Shown here: positions 55,343 through 64,000 of the stretch, one piece after another
Position numbering within the stretch: the first letter of the stretch is position 1
How the letters are laid out: every line of letters begins with the position of its first letter
Sequence record: MZ779063.1
Length of the DNA stretch: 64,000 bases
Reading direction: 5' to 3' (one strand)
The notes under the pieces: model-generated
The model's input: the letters and a program-made list of their open reading frames with translations, nothing else
What the model was told of the DNA's origin: nothing
Database searches by the model: none
Translations under genes and position numbers: made by a program

Positions 55343-57691
55343 TTAATACTTGATTTCTGTAGATACGATTAATTTATTTTGATATCTTCCACCTCTAGTA
55401 TAAACTTTACTATCAGCGTCACCTACATTAATACTATTTTCAGATCCATAACCTATACATTCATCTAAGAATAAATTACCTCCTGATGAAGCTTGGAAGT
55501 CTTTTCCTTGATAACTTTCAAATGCGATACATCCTAAATTCCACGATTGTGTACCTTCATTTACATCAGCTACATTACCTCCATCATTTCTTCCATATAT
55601 ACCATTTATTCTAATGATTTTTAAACCTTCATGAGTAGTTGATCCGTTATTTGATTTAACGCCATTCAATCCTTTATCAGTTCCATTATCCATTCCTATA
55701 CAATTAATTTCTATTATATTAGGTTTAGAACCATCAGCTCCAATATGGTAATTTAAACCGTCAAAACTATTATAATTACCTTTACAGCTATCAAGAATAA
55801 TATCTTTTCCACCAACAATAGCAAGACCATTGTAATTTGAAGCAGAATGATAAAAATTACATTTCTTAAAGAATGCACTATTATTTGAAGTTAAATTCAA
55901 TTCAACACAGTTTCTTCCACCATATATATTTAAATTTTCAAAATATATATTCGAAGCTAGACTTGTTAACTGTATATTTGAAGAAGATATTAAAGGTATT
56001 ACATTACTATTTGAAGGTTTATTATCATTAATATTTGAATAAACTTTAGTACCATCAGTAAACCATGAATTAGGCGTGCTTTCAACTTCATCAATACTAT
56101 TTACTTTCTTTATATCAATACTATTATCTAGAGTTACAACTTTATCGGTAGAAGATCTACTAAATTCATAAGTTCTATTTTTATCAGAAGTTAGTGTCCA
56201 TGAAGGTTCATCAGCCATAATAATATTCACATTATTACCTGTACCTATTATATTAATACTCTTATTAAATGCTTTTGTAATTAATGTACCGCCTATTCTA
56301 AAATAGTTACCATCAGCAACCATAATTGTATCATTATCATTGACTTTAGGTATTGCTACTTTAAAAGATTTAAATGGTTTTTCATTAGATAAACCGTCAT
56401 TAGAATCATTGCCATTAACAGAATCTAAATAGTAGGTAGTTCCACCTGTAAGTCTATTAACGGTTATATCATATTTTACATCAAAAGTGCCTTTTCCATC
56501 AGTAACAATTCTATTTTTTAATATTTCATTACCATAATTGAAATCATTAGGTTTTCTAACTGTTATTGGAAGTGTAGGTGCATAATTACCATCAAGACCG
56601 GGTAAACCTTGTAGACCTTGACTTCCAATTTGTCCAGTATCCCCTTTTTCACCTTTTAATCCATTTAACTGTTCTTCAGTAAAATCAGAGTACTCGAAAG
56701 GATTTCCTTTTTCACCTTTTAATAGATCTAATTGTTCTTGAGTAAAATCAGAATATTCAAAAGGGTCACCTTTTTCACCTTTTAACTCAGATAACTGTTC
56801 TTGAGTAAAATCAGAGTACTCGAAAGGATCTCCTTTTAATCCATTTAACTGCTCTTCAGTAAAATCAGAGTATTTGAAGGGGTCGCCTTTAGGACCTTGC
56901 ATACCTGGATCACCTTTATACATCTCAGCATTTTCTACCATGTAATTCTTAAGATTTTCTTTATAATCTAATAATTTATTTTCAAAATCTTCTATTTTAC
57001 TGTTAAATGAATCTTGTGCTAATTTTAATTCTTCAGATTTATCTTTTATGAGATTTAATTTTTCTTCAACTTTAACTACATCATTTTCCATATTCTTAAC
57101 ATAGTTTGTAGTCTCACTAAGTTTTTCCATTTCATCATTAAGACTCATTGTATTGTTATAATTACTATTGAATTGTTCTCTTACAGTTTCAAAATCAGAT
57201 AGAGTATTTTTCATATTACTCAATTTGTTATTCATATCTTCTATTGTTGAAATTACTTCTTCTTTTTCAGATTTTAAATCTAATTTTTTATCTTCAATAC
57301 TATATTTAAAACTATCTAGCTCACTCAAATATGAATTAAGATTATCATCATCAATTAAATTTTCTTTGATTAAGTTAAGTTTTTCTCCTGCTTTTTCATT
57401 AATATTATTTATATCAGTAGATATTATTTTTATTTGTTTAAAAGCTTCATTCACTTGAAGATATTTCTGTTTTATAAAATCTTCAATAGAGAAATAATCA
57501 GCTACGTCATATTCTCCATCTGAATTTAAATCAACATATTCATTTTTATTTACCTTTACATATTGAATATTCATTAAATCATAATAATCTAATGTATTTC
57601 TATCAACATAATAAGGTTTATTTATAGGTCCCATACCTTTACCTGGAATATAAGTTTTTTGAGGAACTATAATTAGTATACTATCTTCCAT
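55343..57691 (-). CDS. fibre/spike-like virion protein: coiled coil, collagen-like repeats and right-handed beta-helix (possible depolymerase)
   Basis: G-X-Y triplets interrupted by FEYSDFT(E/Q)EQL repeats; [16 protein letters not shown] and N/G-ladder beta-helix C-terminus. Confidence 0.7.
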   Translation of the reverse strand: MEDSILIIVPQKTYIPGKGMGPINKPYYVDRNTLDYYDLMNIQYVKVNKNEYVDLNSDGEYDVADYFSIEDFIKQKYLQVNEAFKQIKIISTDINNINEKAGEKLNLIKENLIDDDNLNSYLSELDSFKYSIEDKKLDLKSEKEEVISTIEDMNNKLSNMKNTLSDFETVREQFNSNYNNTMSLNDEMEKLSETTNYVKNMENDVVKVEEKLNLIKDKSEELKLAQDSFNSKIEDFENKLLDYKENLKNYMVENAEMYKGDPGMQGPKGDPFKYSDFTEEQLNGLKGDPFEYSDFTQEQLSELKGEKGDPFEYSDFTQEQLDLLKGEKGNPFEYSDFTEEQLNGLKGEKGDTGQIGSQGLQGLPGLDGNYAPTLPITVRKPNDFNYGNEILKNRIVTDGKGTFDVKYDITVNRLTGGTTYYLDSVNGNDSNDGLSNEKPFKSFKVAIPKVNDNDTIMVADGNYFRIGGTLITKAFNKSINIIGTGNNVNIIMADEPSWTLTSDKNRTYEFSRSSTDKVVTLDNSIDIKKVNSIDEVESTPNSWFTDGTKVYSNINDNKPSNSNVIPLISSSNIQLTSLASNIYFENLNIYGGRNCVELNLTSNNSAFFKKCNFYHSASNYNGLAIVGGKDIILDSCKGNYNSFDGLNYHIGADGSKPNIIEINCIGMDNGTDKGLNGVKSNNGSTTHEGLKIIRINGIYGRNDGGNVADVNEGTQSWNLGCIAFESYQGKDFQASSGGNLFLDECIGYGSENSINVGDADSKVYTRGGRYQNKLIVSTEIKY
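56641..56893 (-). repeat. four 54-63 nt tandem repeats encoding (GEK)[18 protein letters not shown]
   Basis: Repeated aaaatcagagta(c/t)tcgaa blocks. Confidence 0.85.
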
Positions 57692-57870
57692 ACTATATTT
57701 CCACTCCTTTAAATTTGATCTGTAAAATCCCCCTAATATATTTTTAAATCGATGATTATTCTATTCTTATAATTATTGGCTCATCGTTTAAAGTTATATA
57801 TTAGGGGAACTAATTTTAGTCGAAAAAACTAACGAAAATTAATTTTTATTATATAATAATGTTATAAATT

Positions 57871-59796
57871 TTAACCATTAATAATTTTAAAAATATTTTC
57901 GTTTAATAAATCTCTTTCTAATCTACTTTCTTCAGAAAGTTTTTCCATTAATTCTTCTTCTGTATATTTATCAAAAGATACAGAATTATATCCATTAATA
58001 GAAATAGAAGATTCATTAACTTGAATTGATTTATTTACATTTAGATCATTAATGCTTTCTTCTAAGAATTTTTTAAGGCGTGTTTCATCTTTATTAGGTA
58101 CATTTTCATAAGCTTCAAACACTATATCTTCATAGTATTCTTCTAATGATTCTTCAAAACCTTCATAAAGTGAATCATCTTTATTTTTTAATTGGAAATT
58201 AATATTTTCTTCTAGTAATTCTAAATTAACTTCTTCAGATAATCTTTCTTTAACATCTTCGTTAACTTCATCTAAAGGATTAAGATAGTTTTCTAATAAA
58301 CCTGATTCTGATTCATTATTAACACGTTGAATTGTATTCATATTGAATTCTTTTTCTAAGTTTTCTAAAGTTATTTCATTATCTGTATAAAATTCTTTAA
58401 GAACTTTATTTACTTTAGGTTCAACTACAATAACTTTCTTAAATCCTAAACCGAAATCAACTTTATCAACTAATAATGAAGAAGGATTATATACTTTAGG
58501 AACTTCATCCATATAAGATTCTTTACTAATAACGATATCAACACGTTTACCTAAAGATTCAGATAAAGCATTTGTATATCTAATTAAGTCTTTAATTGTG
58601 TAAGTTTCATTAACTTCTTCTTCATTAATAACTTTAGTTTTAAATTCAATATCAGTAGATCCACAATTTTCACATACTAATTCTTCTTCATTAACGTTAG
58701 GATCAACTGTTTCTTGAACTCCACATTCGTTACAAATTACTTCTCCAACTTCTTTAGAAGTTTTTAAAGCTTCTTCAAGTTCTCCATTACAATTTTCACA
58801 TACTAATTCATTTGATTCATTCATTGTTAGATTGCTTCCACAATTTTCACAAACAGCTTTTCCATTTTCAATTTTACCAGTTTCACTTAAAATACGTCTA
58901 ACAGTTTCAATTGATTCATTAGTAACAAAAATTTGTTTTTCATTTTCGTTCTCTAATTTAAATGTATTTAATAGAGTTTCATGAATTTTCTCTGCATGAT
59001 TTTTAAATGATTTAACTACAGCAAAATCAGAATCTTCTCTCATATATACGTATGGGAAAGCTTGATTATTTTTATCATCAACATAATTTTCATTAGCAAT
59101 TATATTTTGTTTTTCAGTATTAACTTCTTTAGATTCTGGAGTACCTATAGCATATCCTACTTCAGCAGGAGTGTCTAATATTCCATTTTTTAAATCTACA
59201 AAAGTAAATTCAGGAACTGGATCTTTATCGTATAAATAAGTTTCAGTAACTGCTCCTCCAACACTTGGAGAACCATTTGCAGCAGACAAACCTCCATCAC
59301 TAACAGAACTTGCATTGGTATTTGCATTAGAAGTACTTACTGAATAAGTCGCATGTGGACCAAAAGTAGTAGGAACCATCATTTGAGAATCTAAGAATTT
59401 AGCTCTTAATTCAGAATATCCTGGTTGTTTCTTATCTTCATCATCGTCTTCTTTTTCATCTTCGAATAAATAATCTTCTTCAACAGAAATTTCAGGATCT
59501 GAATTAGCTACATCAGTAATGATAACTTCATCTTTATCAGCCACGATTGGTTGATCGTAATCAGGATGATCCGAATCAATTACTTGAACATCATCTTCAT
59601 CTTCAGCATCTTCAATTTCATCAAGATCATCAGATTCCTCATCATCAATTTCTTCTTCATCTTCATTAATTATTTCGTTAAACATTTCTTCTAATTCTTC
59701 ATCATCTTCAGGAATGTCACGTTTTAATTCTTCATTTTCATCATCATTTAAATCATCTTCAAATAATAACATATCATTTTTATTTTCTTCAGACAT
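57871..59796 (-). CDS. very acidic late protein with two zinc ribbons (prohead core/inner-head candidate)
   Basis: CENCGS..VCENCNG and CNECG..VCENCGS; many [ILV]-N-E and L-E-E motifs. Confidence 0.6.
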   Translation of the reverse strand: MSEENKNDMLLFEDDLNDDENEELKRDIPEDDEELEEMFNEIINEDEEEIDDEESDDLDEIEDAEDEDDVQVIDSDHPDYDQPIVADKDEVIITDVANSDPEISVEEDYLFEDEKEDDDEDKKQPGYSELRAKFLDSQMMVPTTFGPHATYSVSTSNANTNASSVSDGGLSAANGSPSVGGAVTETYLYDKDPVPEFTFVDLKNGILDTPAEVGYAIGTPESKEVNTEKQNIIANENYVDDKNNQAFPYVYMREDSDFAVVKSFKNHAEKIHETLLNTFKLENENEKQIFVTNESIETVRRILSETGKIENGKAVCENCGSNLTMNESNELVCENCNGELEEALKTSKEVGEVICNECGVQETVDPNVNEEELVCENCGSTDIEFKTKVINEEEVNETYTIKDLIRYTNALSESLGKRVDIVISKESYMDEVPKVYNPSSLLVDKVDFGLGFKKVIVVEPKVNKVLKEFYTDNEITLENLEKEFNMNTIQRVNNESESGLLENYLNPLDEVNEDVKERLSEEVNLELLEENINFQLKNKDDSLYEGFEESLEEYYEDIVFEAYENVPNKDETRLKKFLEESINDLNVNKSIQVNESSISINGYNSVSFDKYTEEELMEKLSEESRLERDLLNENIFKIING

Positions 59797-59816
59797 TTTT
59801 AAATATCCTCCTTAAA

Positions 59817-61085
59817 TTATTTTCTAAAAGTTCCTTCAATACTATCTTTAATAATAAATAATATACATGGAAGTAATACATAATCTTCCATATTCATATC
59901 ATATTTATCATCATAGTAATTAAACACTTTACTTAATATTTTTTCTTCTATCTTTTCATCATTCATATACATTGAGACTAATTTATATCTATCATCAAAG
60001 TAAGTTAAACTTTTAGTGCCTTGATAGTCTTCATTAACTTCATTGATCTTAGTTAAATTACTTAACTCTATAAAATCATTTAATCCATCTAATACTTTAG
60101 TATCTTCTATACTTTTATGAACGAAGCTTATTTCTTTATACTTCTCTCTAAACATTTTTAAGAAATTATCCTTAGTGTCGTTAAGAGTAATAACATTAGG
60201 TAAAGTCTTTTTATCCTTTAATTTTTCATATAGAGAGAATTTATAATTCTTTTGATTTATTCTTTCATTCTTAGGATTTTTATCTTTATAAGGTAATATA
60301 TTAGAAAGATAAGTACTAGATTTTACTAATAGATTATTGTCATAAATAAATCTGGATAAATTCAAATCAATATATTTAGTTGATGCGACTGCACTAAATT
60401 CATCTTCATAGTAAATAAAAGTATTTAATGAAGAATTATAGAAATGATCAATAAATATTTGTGAAAATTCATCAGCGTATTTAATGCTATGATTGACTTG
60501 ATAGAAATCTTCTTCTAGTATCAATGATTTATTATCTGTTCCAATATTGGAAAATACTGTTCTATATACGTTTGATACCTGATTTTCAATATCTTCTGTA
60601 TTAACATTAAAATTCTGATATTGTATTTTATAGTAAGCGGAATTCTCTAATGAACTCATTTCTACATTAGTTACACGATATATTCTACTAGTTGCATTTT
60701 CTTTAGACTGATATTGAAATACAATAAAATCATCTGGTAAAGGTTCAATAGTACCTGGCAATATAACTGCTTCAGATTCTAAATCTTTTTCAGTTCCCCA
60801 TTCCTCATCCCATTCAATTGTAGGATTCATTTCAGCTACATTATATAAAGGGAAGTCTTTTAATTTATTATATTTCAAAGGAGAATTATCTCCAATAATT
60901 TCTTCAACATTATCTAGTGAACGATCAGAAGTAGATTTCTCATGATCTTTACTATAGTATGTAACAAAACTAGGAGCTCCTGCTTGAAACTTACTATATT
61001 TTTCTGTACCGGATAAATATGAGGATACGTAACTATTTACAATATCTTTTGGTTGTAATTCATCATTTGATATAAATGTACCCAT
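59817..61085 (-). CDS. conserved jumbo-phage virion structural protein
   Basis: PSFVTYYS..SPLKYNKLKDFPLY..EAVILPGTIEPLPDDFI pattern, as I recall from phiKZ/AR9-like virion proteins; late promoter upstream. Confidence 0.55.
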   Translation of the reverse strand: MGTFISNDELQPKDIVNSYVSSYLSGTEKYSKFQAGAPSFVTYYSKDHEKSTSDRSLDNVEEIIGDNSPLKYNKLKDFPLYNVAEMNPTIEWDEEWGTEKDLESEAVILPGTIEPLPDDFIVFQYQSKENATSRIYRVTNVEMSSLENSAYYKIQYQNFNVNTEDIENQVSNVYRTVFSNIGTDNKSLILEEDFYQVNHSIKYADEFSQIFIDHFYNSSLNTFIYYEDEFSAVASTKYIDLNLSRFIYDNNLLVKSSTYLSNILPYKDKNPKNERINQKNYKFSLYEKLKDKKTLPNVITLNDTKDNFLKMFREKYKEISFVHKSIEDTKVLDGLNDFIELSNLTKINEVNEDYQGTKSLTYFDDRYKLVSMYMNDEKIEEKILSKVFNYYDDKYDMNMEDYVLLPCILFIIKDSIEGTFRK

Positions 61086-61124
61086 ATATTCTCATTATCC
61101 TCACTTTCTTTATTAAATTTCGTA

Positions 61125-61136
61125 TATGGTATTGTT
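61125..61136 (-). promoter_or_regulatory. late promoter AACA-N6-TA
   Basis: Minus strand AACAATACCATA, 40 nt upstream of 61085. Confidence 0.6.
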
Positions 61137-61163
61137 ATCTTTGAATTTTGTTTTAATATAATA

Positions 61164-61202
61164 ATCCCAATACCTTAATATTATATTAATAGGTATTGGG
61201 AT
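61164..61202 (-). terminator. intrinsic terminator (CCCAATA family)
   Basis: ATCCCAATACCT/AGGTATTGGGAT 12-bp stem. Confidence 0.75.
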
Positions 61203-61220
61203 AAAATATTTTATAAAAAA

Positions 61221-61730
61221 TTAAAGACCAAATTCTTTATCTAAAGATTCTTCTAAAGAACTAATATCTTCATTAGTTTGTTCTTCTTCTTTAACAGCTT
61301 CAAATAAGCTAAATAAAGCTTCTTCAACAGGACTTACAACTGAATCAATTTTATTTTCCATAGCTTCATTTAATTTAGTAGGTAATTTTTTGAATAGAGC
61401 GATGTATTTCTTTTCATTATTTCTAGCCCAGGCTTCTGCTTTTTTAGGACTTTGGAAAGCACATACTCGAATAAAACGATTTAAAATAGATGTTTTACCT
61501 TTAGCATCAATTACTCTGTAAGTAAATATAACTGTTCCATCTTCATGAGCATCTAAAGCAAATTCATTTTCATCAAATTTTTTACCTTTAGCGATAACTT
61601 TAGCTTTCTTTTTAGTAGCACGTGCTATGAATTTTTCCTCTGTATCTTTATCAGAAGGGTTTACCATTTTTCTTAATGTATCCTTCACATTAGCTTCATT
61701 TAATAATGTTTCTTGTAAAAAATCTTCCAT
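61221..61730 (-). CDS. late head-internal-type protein, paralog of 61772-62332
   Basis: Acidic termini (LQETLLNEA; SLEESLDKEFGL) around a basic core ending AEAWARNNEKKYIALFKK. Confidence 0.65.
   Translation of the reverse strand: MEDFLQETLLNEANVKDTLRKMVNPSDKDTEEKFIARATKKKAKVIAKGKKFDENEFALDAHEDGTVIFTYRVIDAKGKTSILNRFIRVCAFQSPKKAEAWARNNEKKYIALFKKLPTKLNEAMENKIDSVVSPVEEALFSLFEAVKEEEQTNEDISSLEESLDKEFGL
61228..61259. repeat. perfect 32-nt direct repeat, copy 1 (copy 2 at 62289-62320)
   Basis: ccaaattctttatctaaagattcttctaaaga, encoding SLEESLDKEFG. Confidence 0.9.
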
Positions 61731-61771
61731 AATTATAATTCCTACTTTCGTAATTTATTTTTCTATATAAT

Positions 61772-62332
61772 TTAGTTTAATTTAAATTCCTCATCTAATA
61801 TTTTTTCTAAATTTTCAATAACTTTATCATCTTCATCAATTTCAGGTTTCTTATCAGGAGCTTTCTTGAAGATAGATACAAATTTATTTCCATTACTTTG
61901 AACCCATTTTTGTGCTTCTTTGAAACGATCTGCAACTATTCCAATAGGTATTCTTCGAATTTTATCTTTACCTTTATATTTAACAGGTACTTCTAAAGCA
62001 GCGTTTTTACCACCAGTACGTTTGGCCACTACTACAATATTGCTTGAATCAATTCTAATACCATTACTTTTAGCTTTTATTTTAAAATTCATACAAGCTT
62101 TAGCAAAATCCGCTTCAAGCGTATCAGGTTCAACAATTCCTTCTTGAACTGCAATATCCGAAGTATTACCGCAATCTTCACATACTAATTGACCTGATTC
62201 ATTTGGAGACATTTTAGAACCACATTCTTCACAAATAGGCTCTTCTTTATCAGTATCAATATCACGATTTAATTCTTCATTAACTAAACCAAATTCTTTA
62301 TCTAAAGATTCTTCTAAAGATTTAAAATCCAT
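61772..62332 (-). CDS. late head-internal-type protein with zinc ribbon, paralog of 61221-61730
   Basis: Starts MDFKSLEESLDKEFGL; CEECGS..VCEDCG; basic core ending AQKWVQSNGNKFVSIFKK. Confidence 0.65.
   Translation of the reverse strand: MDFKSLEESLDKEFGLVNEELNRDIDTDKEEPICEECGSKMSPNESGQLVCEDCGNTSDIAVQEGIVEPDTLEADFAKACMNFKIKAKSNGIRIDSSNIVVVAKRTGGKNAALEVPVKYKGKDKIRRIPIGIVADRFKEAQKWVQSNGNKFVSIFKKAPDKKPEIDEDDKVIENLEKILDEEFKLN
62289..62320. repeat. perfect 32-nt direct repeat, copy 2
   Basis: Identical to 61228-61259. Confidence 0.9.
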
Positions 62333-62365
62333 TATATTTTCCTCATTTCTATTTATATTTATTAA

Positions 62366-62377
62366 TATTAATGTGTT
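62366..62377 (-). promoter_or_regulatory. late promoter AACA-N6-TA
   Basis: Minus strand AACACATTAATA, 34 nt upstream of 62332. Confidence 0.6.
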
Positions 62378-62387
62378 ATCTTAAATA

Positions 62388-62424
62388 AATTGCCCTAATG
62401 ACAATTTTTATCATTAGGACAATT
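62388..62424 (-). terminator. terminator after the RNAP beta gene
   Basis: AATTGCCCTAATGA/TCATTAGGACAATT stem with one mismatch. Confidence 0.6.
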
Positions 62425-62428
62425 AAAA

Positions 62429-64000
62429 TTATAGCATATCTTTTACTTTACGTTTTAATTCTATTAAAGCTTTATTAGTTGCCAACATTAAATAAATATC
62501 AGTAGTCATACGAGATACGATACTTAATGGAGAGAATATAGCTTCGATTTCTTCGTCAGGTCTATATTCTGCATAAGGAGATTCATTAGGAGGAGTAACA
62601 TCAGCAATAACTGTTTTACATGCTCCATAGAAACTAATCTTATCACCGATACTCATATCATCTTCATATTCTGTGAAAATTTCAATAAGTACTCCATCCA
62701 CTTTTTCACCTTTAATTTTCTCACTATTAATTTTCTCTACAGCTGGAATATCTACATCTAAACCAGGTAATGTAGATTTATTATCTTTAACTGCATTTTT
62801 GTATTCTCTATATTTACTCTTAGATTTATTAATATAACCATTAACTAATTTAGCTAATGTAGGAGACATATTTTCAATATCATCATTATAATAGATATTT
62901 ACTTTTTTAATTTCTCCAGTATATTTAGATCTAACAGCTCTATTAGAAATATCTTGTATTTCTTGTTCAAATTCAGAACCGATTTTATCTAATAAAGAAC
63001 CAATACCTTCATCATCAAATGAATTCTCAAATATCATTAATGGATCTCCTGTACGTACATTTTGACCTTCCTTAACAATATATTGAATATTTGTATTAGA
63101 AGCTAAATTAACTGTTTTCTTCATAGTAACTTTAGTTGACATTGCTTCAGACATACTGTTAGAAATAATAGAACTATCTTCGTACGTGCCATAGCTTGAA
63201 GCAACTGCAACTTTAGATAATTTACCAGCAGCAAATTGAATATCATTATTACTGCCAGATCCTGCAAAGTAACTATCATTTTTAGCCAATACTTGTCCTT
63301 TATTAAATTTCTTACCTACTTCAAATTGTGGGGTAAGTTTATTATTTTGATAGAAACCGCCATTAGAGTTTTTAGCAAGTTTTTCAGATATATCAATTAC
63401 ATCTTTATCCCCATTAATGTATTCAACAAGCATTAATCCTGTTTTCTCATTGATAGAAGTTACTTTCCCATCTTCTTTAGCTTTAAATGCAAAAGTATCT
63501 GAAATTTGATACGCTAAAGATTTATCTACACCAGATCCAACTAATGGACGATCATTTGTTTTAGTAGCGATTAAATGCTTAGCCTGAGTTCCTGTCATTC
63601 CTATACGAGGTGAATCTGCATGTCTACTAGTATATGGGTTTAATAATTCTAATGGAGTGTATAAAGCTGTATCACTTACATCTTTCTTACTACCATCAGT
63701 ATATCCACGAGTAGATTTAATCTGTGTATCATATGAAAGTTGTCTAACTATACCTACCTTATTACTGTCAGGTGTGCTTATTCCTAATATACCTTGCATA
63801 CTTTCGTCATAAGAACGAATATCAGGTTCATATGATTGTTCAGAGTTACGTCCAGCAGGACCTTTAAACGTAACAGAAGTCATCTTATCTATTTCTAAGT
63901 TAGGGTTTAAATCAGATACTTCATCTACTGTAGGTTGTTCCATAATAGTTTTAATTAATTGATCTTGTTTAACTGAAATATTCTTAGGATTTTTATTATT
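62429..64000 (-). CDS. rpoB: phage multisubunit RNA polymerase beta subunit, C-terminal portion (5' end lies beyond the window)
   Basis: TPDSNKVGIV, MTGTQAKH, YGTYEDS, GDKISFYGACKTVI and FSPLSIVSRM match beta conserved regions; the frame stays open from 63943 to the window edge (NNKNPKNISVKQDQLIKTI). Confidence 0.9.
   Translation of the reverse strand, partial: NNKNPKNISVKQDQLIKTIMEQPTVDEVSDLNPNLEIDKMTSVTFKGPAGRNSEQSYEPDIRSYDESMQGILGISTPDSNKVGIVRQLSYDTQIKSTRGYTDGSKKDVSDTALYTPLELLNPYTSRHADSPRIGMTGTQAKHLIATKTNDRPLVGSGVDKSLAYQISDTFAFKAKEDGKVTSINEKTGLMLVEYINGDKDVIDISEKLAKNSNGGFYQNNKLTPQFEVGKKFNKGQVLAKNDSYFAGSGSNNDIQFAAGKLSKVAVASSYGTYEDSSIISNSMSEAMSTKVTMKKTVNLASNTNIQYIVKEGQNVRTGDPLMIFENSFDDEGIGSLLDKIGSEFEQEIQDISNRAVRSKYTGEIKKVNIYYNDDIENMSPTLAKLVNGYINKSKSKYREYKNAVKDNKSTLPGLDVDIPAVEKINSEKIKGEKVDGVLIEIFTEYEDDMSIGDKISFYGACKTVIADVTPPNESPYAEYRPDEEIEAIFSPLSIVSRMTTDIYLMLATNKALIELKRKVKDML

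Noticed and set aside
56641-56893. Tandem repeats as a possible CRISPR array
   Set aside because: The units are in-frame coding repeats with no unique spacers, and there are no cas genes.
3439-63436. Short ORF-track entries antisense or out of frame to long genes (3439, 6062, 9420, 10094, 13201, 21389, 29377, 29750, 30200, 31551, 38756, 45505, 47028, 49499, 49507, 49815, 50550, 51272, 51521, 52113, 52834, 53518, 54317, 57168, 61920, 63236)
   Set aside because: They are shadows of well-supported genes, lack an RBS, and show the S/L/F/I-rich composition expected from antisense reading of K/E/N-rich genes.
16296-64000. Group I introns, inteins or homing endonucleases in polymerase and RNAP genes (common in AR9-like phages)
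   Set aside because: The genes are uninterrupted here, and I saw no HNH, GIY-YIG or LAGLIDADG ORFs or intein termini.
1-64000. tRNA, rRNA, phage-nucleus shell (chimallin/PhuZ) or reverse-transcriptase/retron genes
   Set aside because: Intergenic gaps are short and explained by promoters and terminators. I recognised no cloverleaf, tubulin GGGTGSG or RT YxDD motifs, though a divergent gene could be missed by eye.

Overview
AT-rich (lytic) jumbo myophage DNA of the AR9/PBS1-like, phiKZ-related type. The host is most likely Staphylococcus, judged from two lysostaphin-type SH3b endolysins. The + strand (1-50988) is mainly an early/middle block: SF1B and SF2 helicases, a MoxR-type AAA+ ATPase with a HEXXH-vWA partner, a family-B DNA polymerase split into two genes 19 kb apart, two beta-prime RNA polymerase pieces, a HAD phosphatase, an SbcC/Rad50 ATPase, an SSB-like protein, the T4 gp20-like portal and about 40 hypothetical genes. 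The - strand (51043-64000, plus islands at 3689-5917 and 15873-16169) is a late block: Ig-domain and collagen/beta-helix virion proteins, CHAP and amidase endolysins, acidic zinc-ribbon head-type proteins, a baseplate gp53-like protein and a 5'-truncated RNAP beta piece. The most striking unexplained pattern is a shared C-terminal peptide, consensus about F-x-E-I-T-D-E-K-E-I-K-x-Y-L-V-K-x-(N/G)-F-K-stop. It ends 27 accessory + strand proteins of 68-687 aa and none of the core enzymes or virion proteins, and many of these proteins also share an N-terminal beta-hairpin-like motif. This looks like an address-tagged, polymorphic-cargo protein system. Two promoter classes are readable: seven exact TAAATATATATTAT copies, six followed by a hairpin, and AACA-N6-TAT upstream of late genes. 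I saw no tRNA, rRNA, CRISPR array, intron or intein. All family assignments come from motif recognition by eye; no database searches were run.
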